This document shows, piece after piece, positions 63,348-64,000 of a stretch of 64,000 bases of DNA. This stretch comes from Mayamaea pseudoterrestris (Eukaryota). Below the pieces are notes generated by a model. That model searched no databases. It was not told where the DNA came from and saw nothing but the letters and a program-made list of their open reading frames with translations. The stretch's first letter is position 1. Each line of letters begins with the position of its first letter. The translations under genes and the position numbers were made by a program. The DNA lies in contig BROI01000008.1 of assembly GCA_027923505.1 (NCBI GenBank), positions 124,001 to 188,000 of the forward strand, written 5' to 3'.

Positions 63348-63968
63348 ATGACTAACATGATACAAAGGCTAATCAGAGTGTTGGTGTTAATCGGAGGGTT
63401 ATCTTCGAGTGCGTTTCATGTGCAACCTTCGAGAACTAATGTAAACATTCACCGTCTCGCCGCGCAGTCTTCCGATGATTCAACAATTGGCATATCAAGG
63501 AGCGATGCAATTATGAAGGGCGTTTTGGACAGCATAATTACTGGATCATTATTGTTGGCAAGCCCAAGCATGTCCAGAGCAGATGTCGCAGATGGTAACG
63601 TTCTTCCCCAAGGAGCTGCTCAATTTAGTCGCGTGCTCCGACTCAAGAGCGACCTCCAAGGTGTAAAGAGGCGAGTCGTCACTGGTGGTGAACTCATTGG
63701 AAAACCCGAATGGGACAATATAAGTCGATTTCTTCGAACAGCATACAGTACTGGCGACGATATGAAGGCTGTTGCTGGTGGTGTTGCGGATCCCGAAAGA
63801 AAACGACGAGCGTTAACTGATGTCGATCTCGTTCGGCAGTACGCGCAAGCAGGTGAAATTCCAGTTTCCAAAAAGTCTCCAGAGGGCCTGGTTCCAGTGC
63901 TTGAGAAGATGAGTGCCCTAGTCGACGACTTTTTAGATGCTCTGAGCGACATTCCGGACGAAATCTAA
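63348..63968 (+). CDS. Plastid/thylakoid-lumen targeted helical protein, possibly PsbQ-like
   Basis: Signal peptide with SSA-F cleavage motif, lumenal signal ending SRA-D, amphipathic helices (WDNISRFLR). Family call tentative. Confidence 0.55.
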   Translation: MTNMIQRLIRVLVLIGGLSSSAFHVQPSRTNVNIHRLAAQSSDDSTIGISRSDAIMKGVLDSIITGSLLLASPSMSRADVADGNVLPQGAAQFSRVLRLKSDLQGVKRRVVTGGELIGKPEWDNISRFLRTAYSTGDDMKAVAGGVADPERKRRALTDVDLVRQYAQAGEIPVSKKSPEGLVPVLEKMSALVDDFLDALSDIPDEI

Positions 63969-64000
63969 AACGGATGGTCGGTCGAGTGAAGGTCGAAGGC

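Overview
Eukaryotic nuclear DNA, most likely a diatom (short GT-AG introns, bipartite plastid-targeting signals, diatom-type Copia). About 1-31848 is two abutting satellites: a 169-bp array (1 to ~20110) and a 352-bp dimeric array of 180+172-bp monomers (~20111-31848). After a short junction comes a recently inserted Ty1/Copia LTR retrotransposon (32916-40667, 5-bp TSD, non-TG/CA termini). From 40.8 kb on there are 13 densely packed housekeeping genes and a 50-bp palindromic minisatellite. The most notable feature is a 676-bp non-coding TRIM-like element (34874-35549, minus strand, 4-bp TSD) nested at the end of Copia gag. Each of its LTRs carries a 56-nt minimal tRNA-like module (perfect Pol III B box, T arm, acceptor stem, T4 run), and the CCA-added 3' end of that module would pair with the element's own primer-binding site, suggesting a self-encoded primer. 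Removing this insert in silico restores gag, which is separated from in-frame pol by a single TGA-C, a candidate readthrough site. All calls are from reading the sequence; no database searches were run.
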